Source of the DNA: Desulfosporosinus sp.
GTDB taxonomy: Bacteria > Bacillota > Desulfitobacteriia > Desulfitobacteriales > Desulfitobacteriaceae
Length of the DNA: 64,000 nt
NCBI GenBank assembly: GCA_049302315.1
Contig: JBAQLX010000677.1
Coordinates: 11,425 to 75,424 of the forward strand
Direction of reading: 5' to 3'
Each line of letters starts with the position of its first letter. The stretch's first letter is position 1. The position numbers and the translations under genes are program-made. Under the pieces are notes generated by a model. It was not told where the DNA came from and did not search any database. It saw only the letters and a list, made by a program, of their open reading frames with translations. This document shows, one piece after another, positions 52,104-61,573 of this stretch.

Positions 52104-53360
52104 TTAGGCTAATGTGTTGCCATGACAATACGGACTTAATAAATCTGCTGGTATATTAGCACTTGCAGCTGTGCCTTTAAAAGATGCTGTGTTGCTGACG
52201 AGTATTTCACAATCTGTATCTTCCACTAATTCTGACACAAAAATACCACCGTTTGTACCATCACTTGCCATATTTACCGCGATACAGTTAGCTATTTCTA
52301 ACTTTTGATTTGTAGCTGATTCGGAACTGCTTGTATGCCCAAACAAAGCACCAATATTCTTACTACCGTAGGTTCCATCCCCGCGCTGATAAAATTGGCA
52401 GTTTTCAAAACTCATATCCTTGTCTGTATCTAGCCCGAACCCCATTCCAGGGCCAGAATTAGAATCAAAAATACAATTGCGATAAATAACCTTTGATGCT
52501 CCAAAGTCGTCATGGACAGCATAGGCATACGGATTAGGGCCACCTGGAACATATGTGCCTGCTGTCGCGTTCATTAAAAATCTAATATCCGACACCATGC
52601 CATCTGTCCATATCTCCGCGGCAGGAGTTGAGTAGTTACCAGTATAAGATACAACTGTGACAAGCTGGTTTGATTCGCCCTTCAGACTAATATACCTCTT
52701 TCTTGCCCCGCCAACCCTCATAGAAAATGAATCATAAGTACCACGCTTAATTAATATATCAACTGGGTTTGTCGCAGAATCATTACAATTATCAATAGCG
52801 TCTTGTATACGGTAATAATCCCCATTTCCATTAGCATCAACCACAATCGGAGTACTAATCAATTCAGGCATGGTAAATCTACCTACGTAGGCCCCCGGTA
52901 AAGTAGCACTCGATCCAGTGACTATCCAGTAGTCACTTGCATCATAATTATTGCTAACAGCCCATTTCCCTGTGATATATAGTGTAGTTTCTACCGTTAA
53001 TGTGATGGTGCTTCCGCTGAGAACTTCCGATAAAAACCCAGTTGTTCCATTAGCATATTTTACCCATGAAAATACAGTCGGATAGACTGCCCCACCAGCA
53101 GGAATACCAATAATGTATGTTCCAGCTCTTAATGTCAAAGCAGGATATGCATGATAAGGGCTACCTCCATTAGACATTGTTCCTGCGGCACTCCAATATT
53201 TATTGTCGTACCAACTAGCACTATTAAGATAATAACCAAGTTTATGAATAAACTTACAGTTCATTGGGTCAATATTGTTATACCCTGTATCTATTTTTGA
53301 CGTTATTAATGTAATACTTTGTCTAGTGCCACCGCTTGAGTCTCTATTAGAGCGCGACAT
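52104..53360 (-). CDS. tail fibre / receptor-binding protein with right-handed beta-helix (pectin-lyase-like) features
   Basis: Start moved to ATG 53360 (GGAGGGG RBS); repeated 'NCIFDSNSGPG', 'FENCQFY', 'IANCIAV' turns. Confidence 0.6.
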   Translation of the reverse strand: MSRSNRDSSGGTRQSITLITSKIDTGYNNIDPMNCKFIHKLGYYLNSASWYDNKYWSAAGTMSNGGSPYHAYPALTLRAGTYIIGIPAGGAVYPTVFSWVKYANGTTGFLSEVLSGSTITLTVETTLYITGKWAVSNNYDASDYWIVTGSSATLPGAYVGRFTMPELISTPIVVDANGNGDYYRIQDAIDNCNDSATNPVDILIKRGTYDSFSMRVGGARKRYISLKGESNQLVTVVSYTGNYSTPAAEIWTDGMVSDIRFLMNATAGTYVPGGPNPYAYAVHDDFGASKVIYRNCIFDSNSGPGMGFGLDTDKDMSFENCQFYQRGDGTYGSKNIGALFGHTSSSESATNQKLEIANCIAVNMASDGTNGGIFVSELVEDTDCEILVSNTASFKGTAASANIPADLLSPYCHGNTLA

Positions 53361-54051
53361 AAGAAATCCCCTCCCCACTTACTGAGGCATCAATATAAAT
53401 CTGATTAACATTAGCAACTTCAAGGGTAAAACTCTCCTTTGAGGCTAAATCGTCACCATAAACAGCAGAGGATACATTTGAACCCCCAATATAGATATAT
53501 CCAGTATTAGCCCTTTTAGCTGTTACGGTGACTACGCGACATGGAACATTTGGTAATTGCACCCTAGTTCCTGCTGTAGTTACATTCTGAATCGCTCCTG
53601 TAATATTCGCTAAACTCCCATTTACAGTGACCGGCATGGATGTGCCCGCTGTGCCGGTTCCCTGCATCTGCTTGACTATGCCCTTCAGCTCGGCGATTAC
53701 TGATCCAGCCGCCGTAGGATCTATCACTGCTGCATCTGCCAATGTTCCTATTAAGGTTACAAGCGCGTCCTGTTTTGCTTCTGTGGCTGGGGCTGCGATG
53801 ACCTTGGCTAATAGTGCCGCAAGTGTCGTTTGTGTAGCTGCTCCTGCTGGTAGGGCACCGCCAACTATTGTCGCGGTCTGACTGTACGCCACCCATGTAG
53901 CACCGTTAAAGATAAACTCATTCCCCGTGTCCGTTTCCTTGCACAACGAGCCAGTGTCCACACCGGTGGTAGTTTTTACATCCATGGACAGACAAGCATA
54001 ACGCTGGGTCTTGGTTATAAGTGTAAGGGCCAAGATAATCACTCCTCGCAT
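53347..54051 (-). CDS. tail fibre-associated structural protein
   Basis: Position; A/T/G-rich helical middle and beta-rich C-terminus. Confidence 0.5.
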   Translation of the reverse strand: MRGVIILALTLITKTQRYACLSMDVKTTTGVDTGSLCKETDTGNEFIFNGATWVAYSQTATIVGGALPAGAATQTTLAALLAKVIAAPATEAKQDALVTLIGTLADAAVIDPTAAGSVIAELKGIVKQMQGTGTAGTSMPVTVNGSLANITGAIQNVTTAGTRVQLPNVPCRVVTVTAKRANTGYIYIGGSNVSSAVYGDDLASKESFTLEVANVNQIYIDASVSGEGISYVAL

Positions 54052-54065
54052 AAAAATAACGCCCT

Positions 54066-54377
54066 TTAGGCGTTTACTTTTGTGGATATAGTTTTTAAAT
54101 TTGACTTAATACCTGTAATTTGCTCCTCGAGTGCGGTAATCCTTTGTTTGAGGATTTCTGTTTCAGTTGGTGCTGGAGGTATGTCAATAAGTACCTTCTT
54201 CCTTACCACATCCCCATCAAATTCGTAATTTAAAAAATTATTAATTACATGTTGGCTTTCCACTTCAACGGCTACATAACCCATATTCGGGTACACTTCA
54301 TCGGCTGTTAATTCGCGGTCTGCGGTACAAACACCCTTGATTGAATTGTTTGGATCAACGAATACATATTGTCTCAA
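54066..54377 (-). CDS. hypothetical tail-module protein
   Basis: Position only. Confidence 0.5.
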   Translation of the reverse strand: MRQYVFVDPNNSIKGVCTADRELTADEVYPNMGYVAVEVESQHVINNFLNYEFDGDVVRKKVLIDIPPAPTETEILKQRITALEEQITGIKSNLKTISTKVNA

Positions 54378-54389
54378 ATTATCATCCTC

Positions 54390-54818
54390 CTACCATGCTA
54401 TTTCAATGTAATTTGCAGTTCCGGTGTAAGTGTGGGGTGTACTATAGTCCAAGCCTTCTGAGTAACAAGTTACAACTCTCGTACTCTGATCAACGGAACA
54501 TACTATTGGGTGCGTTGCATAGCCACCACTTACATTGTCTCCATACGTCATTGCATTTGGGCTCACGAAATAGACATAGTTCGTATACCCTGCCGTTTGG
54601 GGTATTGTGCCACCGCCAGAAATAGTTCCCGTTTTGATTGATTTTATTATTCCTGACTCAATATTGTTCATGCGCGCAGCCGTTACTATTGTCCCTGCCT
54701 CAGTTACTGTCCCAGGTGCTGGTACAAGAGCATAAACCCCGCCGCCGATTTCGGTAAGCGTGTAGTATGTTGGGTGTTCAACATTCCGGTCTAACCATGT
54801 TTCCGGCGTATAAGCCAT
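54390..54818 (-). CDS. hypothetical tail-module protein
   Basis: Position only. Confidence 0.5.
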   Translation of the reverse strand: MAYTPETWLDRNVEHPTYYTLTEIGGGVYALVPAPGTVTEAGTIVTAARMNNIESGIIKSIKTGTISGGGTIPQTAGYTNYVYFVSPNAMTYGDNVSGGYATHPIVCSVDQSTRVVTCYSEGLDYSTPHTYTGTANYIEIAW

Positions 54819-55232
54819 TTAAAACTCAGTCCCTTCCCCGCAGATAAAATTACCGCAAAATAGATATGCCGCGACCACATTTTCAGACATGGTTTTTAAC
54901 AGGCTTAAATCTGTTTCCAGCCTGTTTGCGTCGCTATAATCAAACTTATCTAGACTTACCCACGTTATTTTAGGCGCGACCCAGCCCGTAGGATCACCGG
55001 CGAAGCAATTCCTTAACGCCTGAACATTCCCCTCGAGCTTGTTAAAATCGTCCTTGTCAGGGATACCCATATTGTCCCAATCCATCTTAATCCCAGTTGT
55101 GGCGGGTATCGCTCCAATGTTCGTCGTGATGTAGTCGTCTAAATAGTCCGTGTTGCTTTCAACCCTGTTTACATCGCCATAATTATAGTAATCAGTTGCA
55201 TCCCAATCTGTTTTTGCAGCTATCCATGCCAT
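54819..55232 (-). CDS. hypothetical tail-module protein
   Basis: Position only; abuts neighbours. Confidence 0.5.
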   Translation of the reverse strand: MAWIAAKTDWDATDYYNYGDVNRVESNTDYLDDYITTNIGAIPATTGIKMDWDNMGIPDKDDFNKLEGNVQALRNCFAGDPTGWVAPKITWVSLDKFDYSDANRLETDLSLLKTMSENVVAAYLFCGNFICGEGTEF

Positions 55233-56794
55233 TAGGTGCCATCCCCCCTCGCGCTCGTCTTACCCGTGAGGTACCCGGCAAAACTAAACTCATTCTTCGT
55301 CAGTCGTGCTGTTTTATCTGCTGAAAAATCATCCTCAATTGTCACGATATCGCCAACCGCAAGGCTTGGGTCTGTGCGCCAGTTGCACTCGTACAAATAC
55401 CGCTTTTTCAGTTCTACGAGTATCCACGCCCCGACAGCATCCGCCTTTGGTTGACTGTCGATCAGGGCGTTGTCGATCTCCACTGATAAAACTTGCTCAT
55501 CTGCGGGCTTTGTGGGGTCTGTATAGGTATAGGTATTGGCTCCGGACTTGATATAAATGGTATTGACTAAGGCGTCAAGCTTAATCAGTGGCGCGGCATA
55601 CATATTATCAAAGTCGATTGTTTCGGATAGTGCGGTCGTACTAATCTGCTCAAGGATAATCTTTCCGGACCTGTCACAATATAGGACTGCACATCCTGCA
55701 ATCGCAATCTTTTGTAAGGCCTCACGGTAGGTCGTTTTGTCGAGTGTGCCGGATGTTGTTATGGCTTGCAGGGCTGTGTCAACCTCATAATTAACTGAGC
55801 TTACTCCTGCCAGACCAAGCACCTCCACCGCTATGTCATAGAGCGTCTCGGCGGCGTATGTGTCGCCCGCGTAGTTATCTTGACTGATTACCCCTAGCAG
55901 GTCATGTGCTGTGAATGTGGCCGTCAGCGTGCCTTCGTCGCTCTGCCATTCGTCAAGATAAAAAACGCCCATGTTAGCGTATTCTGTGTTGGTGTCTGCC
56001 TTGACTACTCCAAGATAAGGTACAACCTTCTGAAGCTTTTGGAGGGCAGGATATACGCCTGTAGGATTGAGTATGTCAAATCGTTTGTCTGCATTTTCAA
56101 TAGTAAATTTAGACTCGTTTGCTGTGGATTCATTGTTGATCGGGTCGAGTTCTTCCAGTACATCGACCTTAATCAGCGTGTCGCCGTCGTACTCATAAAT
56201 AACGCCCAAGGAGATTTCTGTGATCCTTGCGCGCCTGTTGGCCGCTTTCCATTTTGTGATCGTGACAATGACCTTTCTAAAATCCTCGACCGTATGCTCC
56301 ACTGTATATTTTGTGGAAGCGTTTCCTGTCACTGTCTCTGTGTGGAGGACATTGTTTAAGCTGTCATAAGCAACGATTGTAAAGTCTGTCGCATATTCAT
56401 TTGTTAGCTCGTCGAAGTAAATGCTAAACCCAATAACGGTATGGTCTTTCGTGAATGTCAGCGTTACGGCCTGCGCTACTGCAAACGTGCCGCCCCCGCC
56501 GCTTAGTGCCGCGCTCCACCAGCCCGCTTCATAGCTTGACTCGGTTGTCTCAGGCGGCAATACAAAGGAACCGTCCAGTAGCCAGTAATCATCCTCAAGG
56601 GTTGCCAATTTACCCGCCATATCCGTAAAGGCATTTACAGCCTGATCTTTTCGGCTTATAGCTGCCTCGCCTGTTACTGTTACGGTAGCATCTTCAGCTG
56701 CGTCAACGTCGACGAGATGGAAGAGTACCTTCGCTTTTGTCTGCCGGGTGGCGGCGGCTATCGCTGTCTTAAATTCTGCGCTTACTGGTATCAT
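55232..56794 (-). CDS. tail-associated hub protein (Tal-like)
   Basis: 520 aa, second gene after the tape measure; synteny-based call. Confidence 0.6.
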   Translation of the reverse strand: MIPVSAEFKTAIAAATRQTKAKVLFHLVDVDAAEDATVTVTGEAAISRKDQAVNAFTDMAGKLATLEDDYWLLDGSFVLPPETTESSYEAGWWSAALSGGGGTFAVAQAVTLTFTKDHTVIGFSIYFDELTNEYATDFTIVAYDSLNNVLHTETVTGNASTKYTVEHTVEDFRKVIVTITKWKAANRRARITEISLGVIYEYDGDTLIKVDVLEELDPINNESTANESKFTIENADKRFDILNPTGVYPALQKLQKVVPYLGVVKADTNTEYANMGVFYLDEWQSDEGTLTATFTAHDLLGVISQDNYAGDTYAAETLYDIAVEVLGLAGVSSVNYEVDTALQAITTSGTLDKTTYREALQKIAIAGCAVLYCDRSGKIILEQISTTALSETIDFDNMYAAPLIKLDALVNTIYIKSGANTYTYTDPTKPADEQVLSVEIDNALIDSQPKADAVGAWILVELKKRYLYECNWRTDPSLAVGDIVTIEDDFSADKTARLTKNEFSFAGYLTGKTSARGDGT

Positions 56795-56806
56795 TTAGCC
56801 GCCCCC

Positions 56807-57151
56807 CTAAGTTTCAATTAATGAAAACTTTATATCCTTCCACCGCATTATGCCGCCTTGATAGTCTATTGCTCCAGCTGCTCGATCCCCAGCGTAAAAC
56901 GTCCCGGATCGCGCCGCGCCTGTTTGTGGGTCGGGATAGACGACCGTAAATGTCACGGGAGACACAGTCGTTAGCAGGGTTGCAAGATCGGCCTGGGACA
57001 GATAAGACCAGCCAAGTTCTAACTTGCGCTTTGTCGCTATGCGCTCGATTATCAGCGTTCCGCTTGCGTTCCGTTCGGCCTTACTGAGATCCATGACGCT
57101 GACCTGAAAGCCAGAGGGCGTGGAGATTGCTGTGCCGCCTACTGTAATCAT
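56807..57151 (-). CDS. tail component in the distal-tail-protein position
   Basis: Synteny only; 114 aa is short for a Dit. Confidence 0.45.
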   Translation of the reverse strand: MITVGGTAISTPSGFQVSVMDLSKAERNASGTLIIERIATKRKLELGWSYLSQADLATLLTTVSPVTFTVVYPDPQTGAARSGTFYAGDRAAGAIDYQGGIMRWKDIKFSLIET

Positions 57152-57179
57152 CGTCTATGCCCTCCTTTTTTTTACAAAT

Positions 57180-57204
57180 AGAAAAACACCCCGTTTTTGG
57201 GATG
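57180..57204 (-). terminator. rho-independent terminator after the LITAF-like moron
   Basis: Minus strand: CATCCC-AAAAAC-GGGGTG then TTTTTC. Confidence 0.5.
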
Positions 57205-57212
57205 CCTTTTAA

Positions 57213-57413
57213 TTAGTTGATTGCTTTTTTGGGGGCTGCTTTTAATAATTCTCTGGTATGACATATTGGGCATTGCTTTCTCTTAAACAGGTAAAACATG
57301 ACATAAAATAAGCCGCCAATCCCGGTCAAGCACCAAAATAGGAACCAGCCCCACCTGAATTTTTTAGACGCTTCTACTGGCCTTTTACACAAAGTACAAT
57401 ATCTATATGACAA
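57213..57413 (-). CDS. LITAF-like zinc-ribbon membrane protein (moron)
   Basis: 'CTLC' knuckle + hydrophobic 'WGWFLFWCLTGIGGLFYVMFYLF' + 'CPIC' knuckle; start TTG 57413 (GAGGTGG-N6). Confidence 0.5.
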   Translation of the reverse strand: MSYRYCTLCKRPVEASKKFRWGWFLFWCLTGIGGLFYVMFYLFKRKQCPICHTRELLKAAPKKAIN

Positions 57414-57463
57414 TTTCAACCACCTCAAGGTAAATATATCATAGGCTAGGTTCTCCTTACAAA

Positions 57464-59698
57464 TTAAGTTGCCTGAATAATTGCCGTATTGCCAATACGT
57501 GACTGCTCCTTATTGATGGCCGGCATTATAACCCTGGCTAGTTTTGTGCTGTCGATCTGGACTATTATGTCTCCTTGTTGCCCAGAAGAACTTGAATTTG
57601 AGAATTGCATAACAGATAGCATGGCGGTACTTACAGCCGAAGTTATCATTTCCGTGAGGTCACCCAACGGGGCTATTACTTCCGGCTGCGTTTTATTGTC
57701 GCCTATTTGTGCTAGCATAGGACGATTAGCTCCAACGATTCCGCCATTTGCTAATCTTGGAAGTTGAATTTTCTCAATCGGCATCGTCCATCCAGAAATA
57801 CCAAGAACGGATTTGGTTGTATTCCAAGCAAAAATAAGTTTATTGAAACCACTAATAGCAAAGTTTAAGAAACTTTCTAATGACCCTATGGCTCCGTTTG
57901 CTCCTTCTTTAAATAAGTTTTTAATGTCGCTCCAAAGTTCTGCGAACAAGTTACCTATTGGTGTTGCAACATTTGTTCCAAACCAACCCGCAACCCCTGA
58001 CCATACCTGTTGTATTCCTTCCCATGCGTCTGATGCCACTTGCTTAATTCCGTTCCATGCAGTAGCTGCCGTGGCTTGGATTCCATTCCACGCTGACAAT
58101 GCAAAATTACCAATAGCTTTCCAAGAGGTTTCCCATCCTTCTCTTAGGGCAGATACGAAAGCATTCCAACCGTCCCCAATTGCCTTGAATAAACCAGTAA
58201 ATGTGGCCTGTAACATGACCCATGCGCCCCAAGTAATATCCTTTATACCTTGCCAGAGCATCTTCCAGTTGCCAGTTATAAGCCCCGCGAAAATCTCCAA
58301 GATGCCTTTGATTATTTGCAACGCCCCTCCAATTTGAATTTTCATGCCTTCAAGTGCTATACCTACAATTTCAACAAGCCATTTCCATATAGGGGCAAAG
58401 ACCTTTTCTAAAAAATCAACAATAGGCTTCATAAATGGCTGAATATCATTCCAAAAATTACGGAACATTGCCGCGAGTTCGCTAATGTATTTCTGGATTG
58501 GCTCTATTGCCTTCTTAAATCTTTCAACATTGTCAATTACACTTTGTGGAATAAGAGTATCAGGTACCGGGCTTGTGCCGCCTCCCGAAGCATCTGGCAC
58601 AACCATCCCGCCGCCATTGATTGCTGCATCCGCCGCATCCGTTCCGCTTGCTGCCATGGCCTCCTGTAGTTCGTTAATCTCATCAAATCCTGCTAGCGCA
58701 CCCTTAGCCGCTGCCCCTGCCGCTTTAGTTGCTTTGCCTAGTCCTGTTTGCGCGCTCGCTGCTTTCGCGGCTGTGCCTGTAACGTCAACCTGCTTAGTTT
58801 TAACGCCGAAAAGTGCTTGCATAAACTGACTAAACACTGCAGTAACATATTTCAGACCATTTGCGAAATTTATTAAAGTGGGCATAACCGCATTAATCAA
58901 GGGGAGAAATGCTTGTCCCAGATTGAGTTGAGCGTCTTTTAAGAGTGCAGTAAACTGCATCAATCCGCTTGCGGTGTTATCGTAAACTGAATCGCCAAAC
59001 TTGGTTGTAGCTTGTTCGAGGATTCCGAAGAGCCGTATTTGTTGCTGTGTGCGGAAATCGAGTTGGTCCCAGGACTTACCGTTTGCGAATCGCTTAAAGG
59101 TTTCAGTGGATTCCAAAAGAGCAACATTCACATTGATGCCTAAGTCCTCAATGGATTCCGTATTACCGAGTAAGCCGGATCTAATACGCTCCATCACGTC
59201 GGTCATGTTTCGCCCTGTTGCACTTGCTACGACCGCCGAGGCCTTAAGCAGTTGAGTTGTATATTGCGTCGCTTGGGCCTGATCTGCCGTAATGGTGCTC
59301 ATTAGGTTACCATAGACAGCCCCATACTTTACAGCTTCCAACCTCGACATATTAAAGGCGTTAGCTTGAGTTTCAGCCCAGTTGACAAAGCCCGCTGCGC
59401 TTGCGCCCATGATGCGATTAATCTGCTGCAAGGAGGATTCGTATTCCATGGCCATCTTTGACGCAGGAATTGCAGCCATTGTGACGGCTGCTCCTATGGC
59501 TGCAGCGGCAACCGTTACAACTTTAGCCGCTGTCGCCATTGCCGCCATCATTCCTGATGTCCCATTATTTACCGCCGCCATAGACGCACGGGAACGAGTA
59601 GAAAACTGGCCAACTGCTCGTTGGGCCTGTGTCATACCCTGCTGCAGGGGATTGATATTTGCCCCGACACGCACAAGAATATTACGAATTACACCCAT
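57464..59698 (-). CDS. tail tape measure protein
   Basis: 744 aa, A/G-rich helical with Trp-rich repeats ('AWNGIQ','AWEGIQ'); follows the G/GT chaperones. Confidence 0.85.
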   Translation of the reverse strand: MGVIRNILVRVGANINPLQQGMTQAQRAVGQFSTRSRASMAAVNNGTSGMMAAMATAAKVVTVAAAAIGAAVTMAAIPASKMAMEYESSLQQINRIMGASAAGFVNWAETQANAFNMSRLEAVKYGAVYGNLMSTITADQAQATQYTTQLLKASAVVASATGRNMTDVMERIRSGLLGNTESIEDLGINVNVALLESTETFKRFANGKSWDQLDFRTQQQIRLFGILEQATTKFGDSVYDNTASGLMQFTALLKDAQLNLGQAFLPLINAVMPTLINFANGLKYVTAVFSQFMQALFGVKTKQVDVTGTAAKAASAQTGLGKATKAAGAAAKGALAGFDEINELQEAMAASGTDAADAAINGGGMVVPDASGGGTSPVPDTLIPQSVIDNVERFKKAIEPIQKYISELAAMFRNFWNDIQPFMKPIVDFLEKVFAPIWKWLVEIVGIALEGMKIQIGGALQIIKGILEIFAGLITGNWKMLWQGIKDITWGAWVMLQATFTGLFKAIGDGWNAFVSALREGWETSWKAIGNFALSAWNGIQATAATAWNGIKQVASDAWEGIQQVWSGVAGWFGTNVATPIGNLFAELWSDIKNLFKEGANGAIGSLESFLNFAISGFNKLIFAWNTTKSVLGISGWTMPIEKIQLPRLANGGIVGANRPMLAQIGDNKTQPEVIAPLGDLTEMITSAVSTAMLSVMQFSNSSSSGQQGDIIVQIDSTKLARVIMPAINKEQSRIGNTAIIQAT

Positions 59699-59702
59699 CT
59701 AC

Positions 59703-60029
59703 TCACTCACCCCCAAACTGCGCGTGCAATACCTTGATAGCCTCAAAAAGATCCTCGTCTGTCATTCTGTTGCTGTTCCCGTCAATTGCCTTTAATGCTT
59801 TCTTGAGATCGTTGCCCGAAAGTTCTTTTTTACGATAAAAATAGGCAGAATAAAAAGCGGCTACTATGTCCGCTTTACGTTCGTCTTTGTTCTTTTCCGT
59901 GTAAGCCATAATCATTAGATTTAATTCGTGTATAGTTAAAAGATTAACCTCATACGGCTTAAGACCGATTCGGATAGCGACAGTTAAGGATTCTTCCCAA
60001 TCATATTCGCTATCCGGTTCTAGTTTTTT
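59703..60029 (-). CDS. T-extension of the tail assembly chaperone (expressed by -1 frameshift as a G-T fusion)
   Basis: The -1 frame is open from the slippery site through the track ORF 59703..59915. Confidence 0.7.
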   Translation of the reverse strand, partial: KKLEPDSEYDWEESLTVAIRIGLKPYEVNLLTIHELNLMIMAYTEKNKDERKADIVAAFYSAYFYRKKELSGNDLKKALKAIDGNSNRMTDEDLFEAIKVLHAQFGGE

Positions 60030-60364
60030 GCTTCTTGGATATCTGTAATTTCTTCAAACCTCTCCAGCGCTTTAGGTCCACCCATGGAAACCGCGAAGGC
60101 CTTCATTACGGCTTCGTTCATTTCACCAAAATACATTTCCGAATTATCCATTAGCGCTTCGACTTGTTCCAATGTCAAGCTTTCGTCTTCATGCTGCAAT
60201 GCAAGGTGAATCATTTTTGAAATATCATCAATACCGATATCATTAAAATCAATTTTGGTTATTTTCTTGCCAAGGCTTTTTTCGAGTAGCTTTAATTCTT
60301 TTCTCCTAAATTTTAGGGTTCTTTCCTTGTCAAGGTTAATGGTAAAGACATCATTATTAGCCAT
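60020..60364 (-). CDS. tail assembly chaperone (gpG-like)
   Basis: Position between the major tail and tape measure genes; ends 'QEAKN*' over the slippery heptamer. Confidence 0.7.
   Translation of the reverse strand: MANNDVFTINLDKERTLKFRRKELKLLEKSLGKKITKIDFNDIGIDDISKMIHLALQHEDESLTLEQVEALMDNSEMYFGEMNEAVMKAFAVSMGGPKALERFEEITDIQEAKN
60023..60029 (-). promoter_or_regulatory. -1 programmed ribosomal frameshift slippery heptamer A_AAA_AAC
   Basis: Minus-strand GCA AAA AAC TAG; shifting -1 reads CTA GAA CCG ... in frame with 59703..59915 (108 nt = 36 codons to its ATG). Confidence 0.7.
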
Positions 60365-60522
60365 TGCTTTTATCTCCTTTATAGTGTTCTAAGTTCGCTT
60401 TGCTCCTCTTCGATGTCCTCAACCTGGGTTAATTCCTCAAGCATATCCTCGACGTTTTCCAGTCGCCTGGTCATGCGCTTCATTTCTTTTAGGATCTGCC
60501 TTAATAGTTCTTCCATAAGGCA

Positions 60523-60780
60523 TCACTCGTTCTCAGCTTCGATAAGCTTGTATTCCTTATCTCCATTTTTGATAAGTCTATATCTCTTATCCCCAATTTT
60601 TACAAATACGTCAACTTCGGATTCGATTTCGATAACTTTGGGAATTAAGCCTAGCGTAACTCTCGGTATATTTCCTGCCTCATGTTCGATGGTAATTAAA
60701 TTACTTATCGAGCTAATATTGATACCATCTAAGAAAACCGAACTCCTTATTCTGTCTATTGATTTAACTTTTAATTCCAT
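60523..60780 (-). CDS. hypothetical protein
   Basis: ORF between the major tail and chaperone genes. Confidence 0.45.
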   Translation of the reverse strand: MELKVKSIDRIRSSVFLDGINISSISNLITIEHEAGNIPRVTLGLIPKVIEIESEVDVFVKIGDKRYRLIKNGDKEYKLIEAENE

Positions 60781-60826
60781 AATGATTTAAGGGCCGCCAC
60801 CAAGGCAGCCCTTATCCTCCTTTTGT

Positions 60827-61561
60827 TTAGCTCAGACGGCTAACCATAAAGGTGTAAGTTTTTGGAGTCTTAGCGGCCTCGTAAACTACGACCTTAACTT
60901 CCTTGGTTTCCGCTGCGCCTATCGCTATTGCGCTACCTGCACTGCCGGATGCCACTGTTTCGACGTAAACACCATCAACGTAAATCTTGATTGTGTGCGA
61001 CGCTGCCGTTATTTTTGGCTTGAAGCTTGTTTGAGTTGTATAGGTAACTCCATAAATAAGCGTACCAATCACGAACGTAGGGGTAATGGCGTATGCGGTT
61101 AATGCCGTGGAGCCGTCTGTTTGGACCATTGACGCTGCACTTGCTCCGGTCGTTGCGGTTGTCCCTAGAGTTGTTTTGCCGCTCACTTTGAGCGTAACCT
61201 CAAAGCCGACGACATCGTCAAGGTTAGCTTCGCCCACTTTCCATTTAGTTACAATCGCGTCAAAGATTAACGCAGCCCCAATTGTTGTCGGGGAAGTGAT
61301 TGTGTATGAATCTACTGTACCTGCATCTAGGGCAGTCTTCATGGCCACTTGCCCCGCATCCGTTACATCAAAGTAACCTTGGAGGGTTACTTCACCGCCA
61401 TCCCGCATCCCTTGGATAAAGGTTCGGTACCCGTCGGCAGTGTCCAGCGTAGTGGTGTCAACTGTATCCGCTGAGCCTTCCGGTGGGACTATGTTTGTCA
61501 ATATACCTATATTGGTTACGCCTTGGGTTATTGTGGTTCCTACTCCGCGTTTTCCAGACAT
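60827..61561 (-). CDS. major tail protein (phi13-type) with C-terminal Ig-like extension
   Basis: 'GILTNIVPPEGSADTVDTTTLDTADGYRTFIQGMRDGGEVTLQGYF'. Confidence 0.8.
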   Translation of the reverse strand: MSGKRGVGTTITQGVTNIGILTNIVPPEGSADTVDTTTLDTADGYRTFIQGMRDGGEVTLQGYFDVTDAGQVAMKTALDAGTVDSYTITSPTTIGAALIFDAIVTKWKVGEANLDDVVGFEVTLKVSGKTTLGTTATTGASAASMVQTDGSTALTAYAITPTFVIGTLIYGVTYTTQTSFKPKITAASHTIKIYVDGVYVETVASGSAGSAIAIGAAETKEVKVVVYEAAKTPKTYTFMVSRLS

Positions 61562-61573
61562 AATTTAACACCT

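Noticed and set aside
52104-56794. Diversity-generating retroelement or other reverse-transcriptase-based variation near the tail-fibre genes
   Set aside because: No ORF anywhere in the window has reverse-transcriptase motifs (YxDD), and I saw no template/variable repeat pair.
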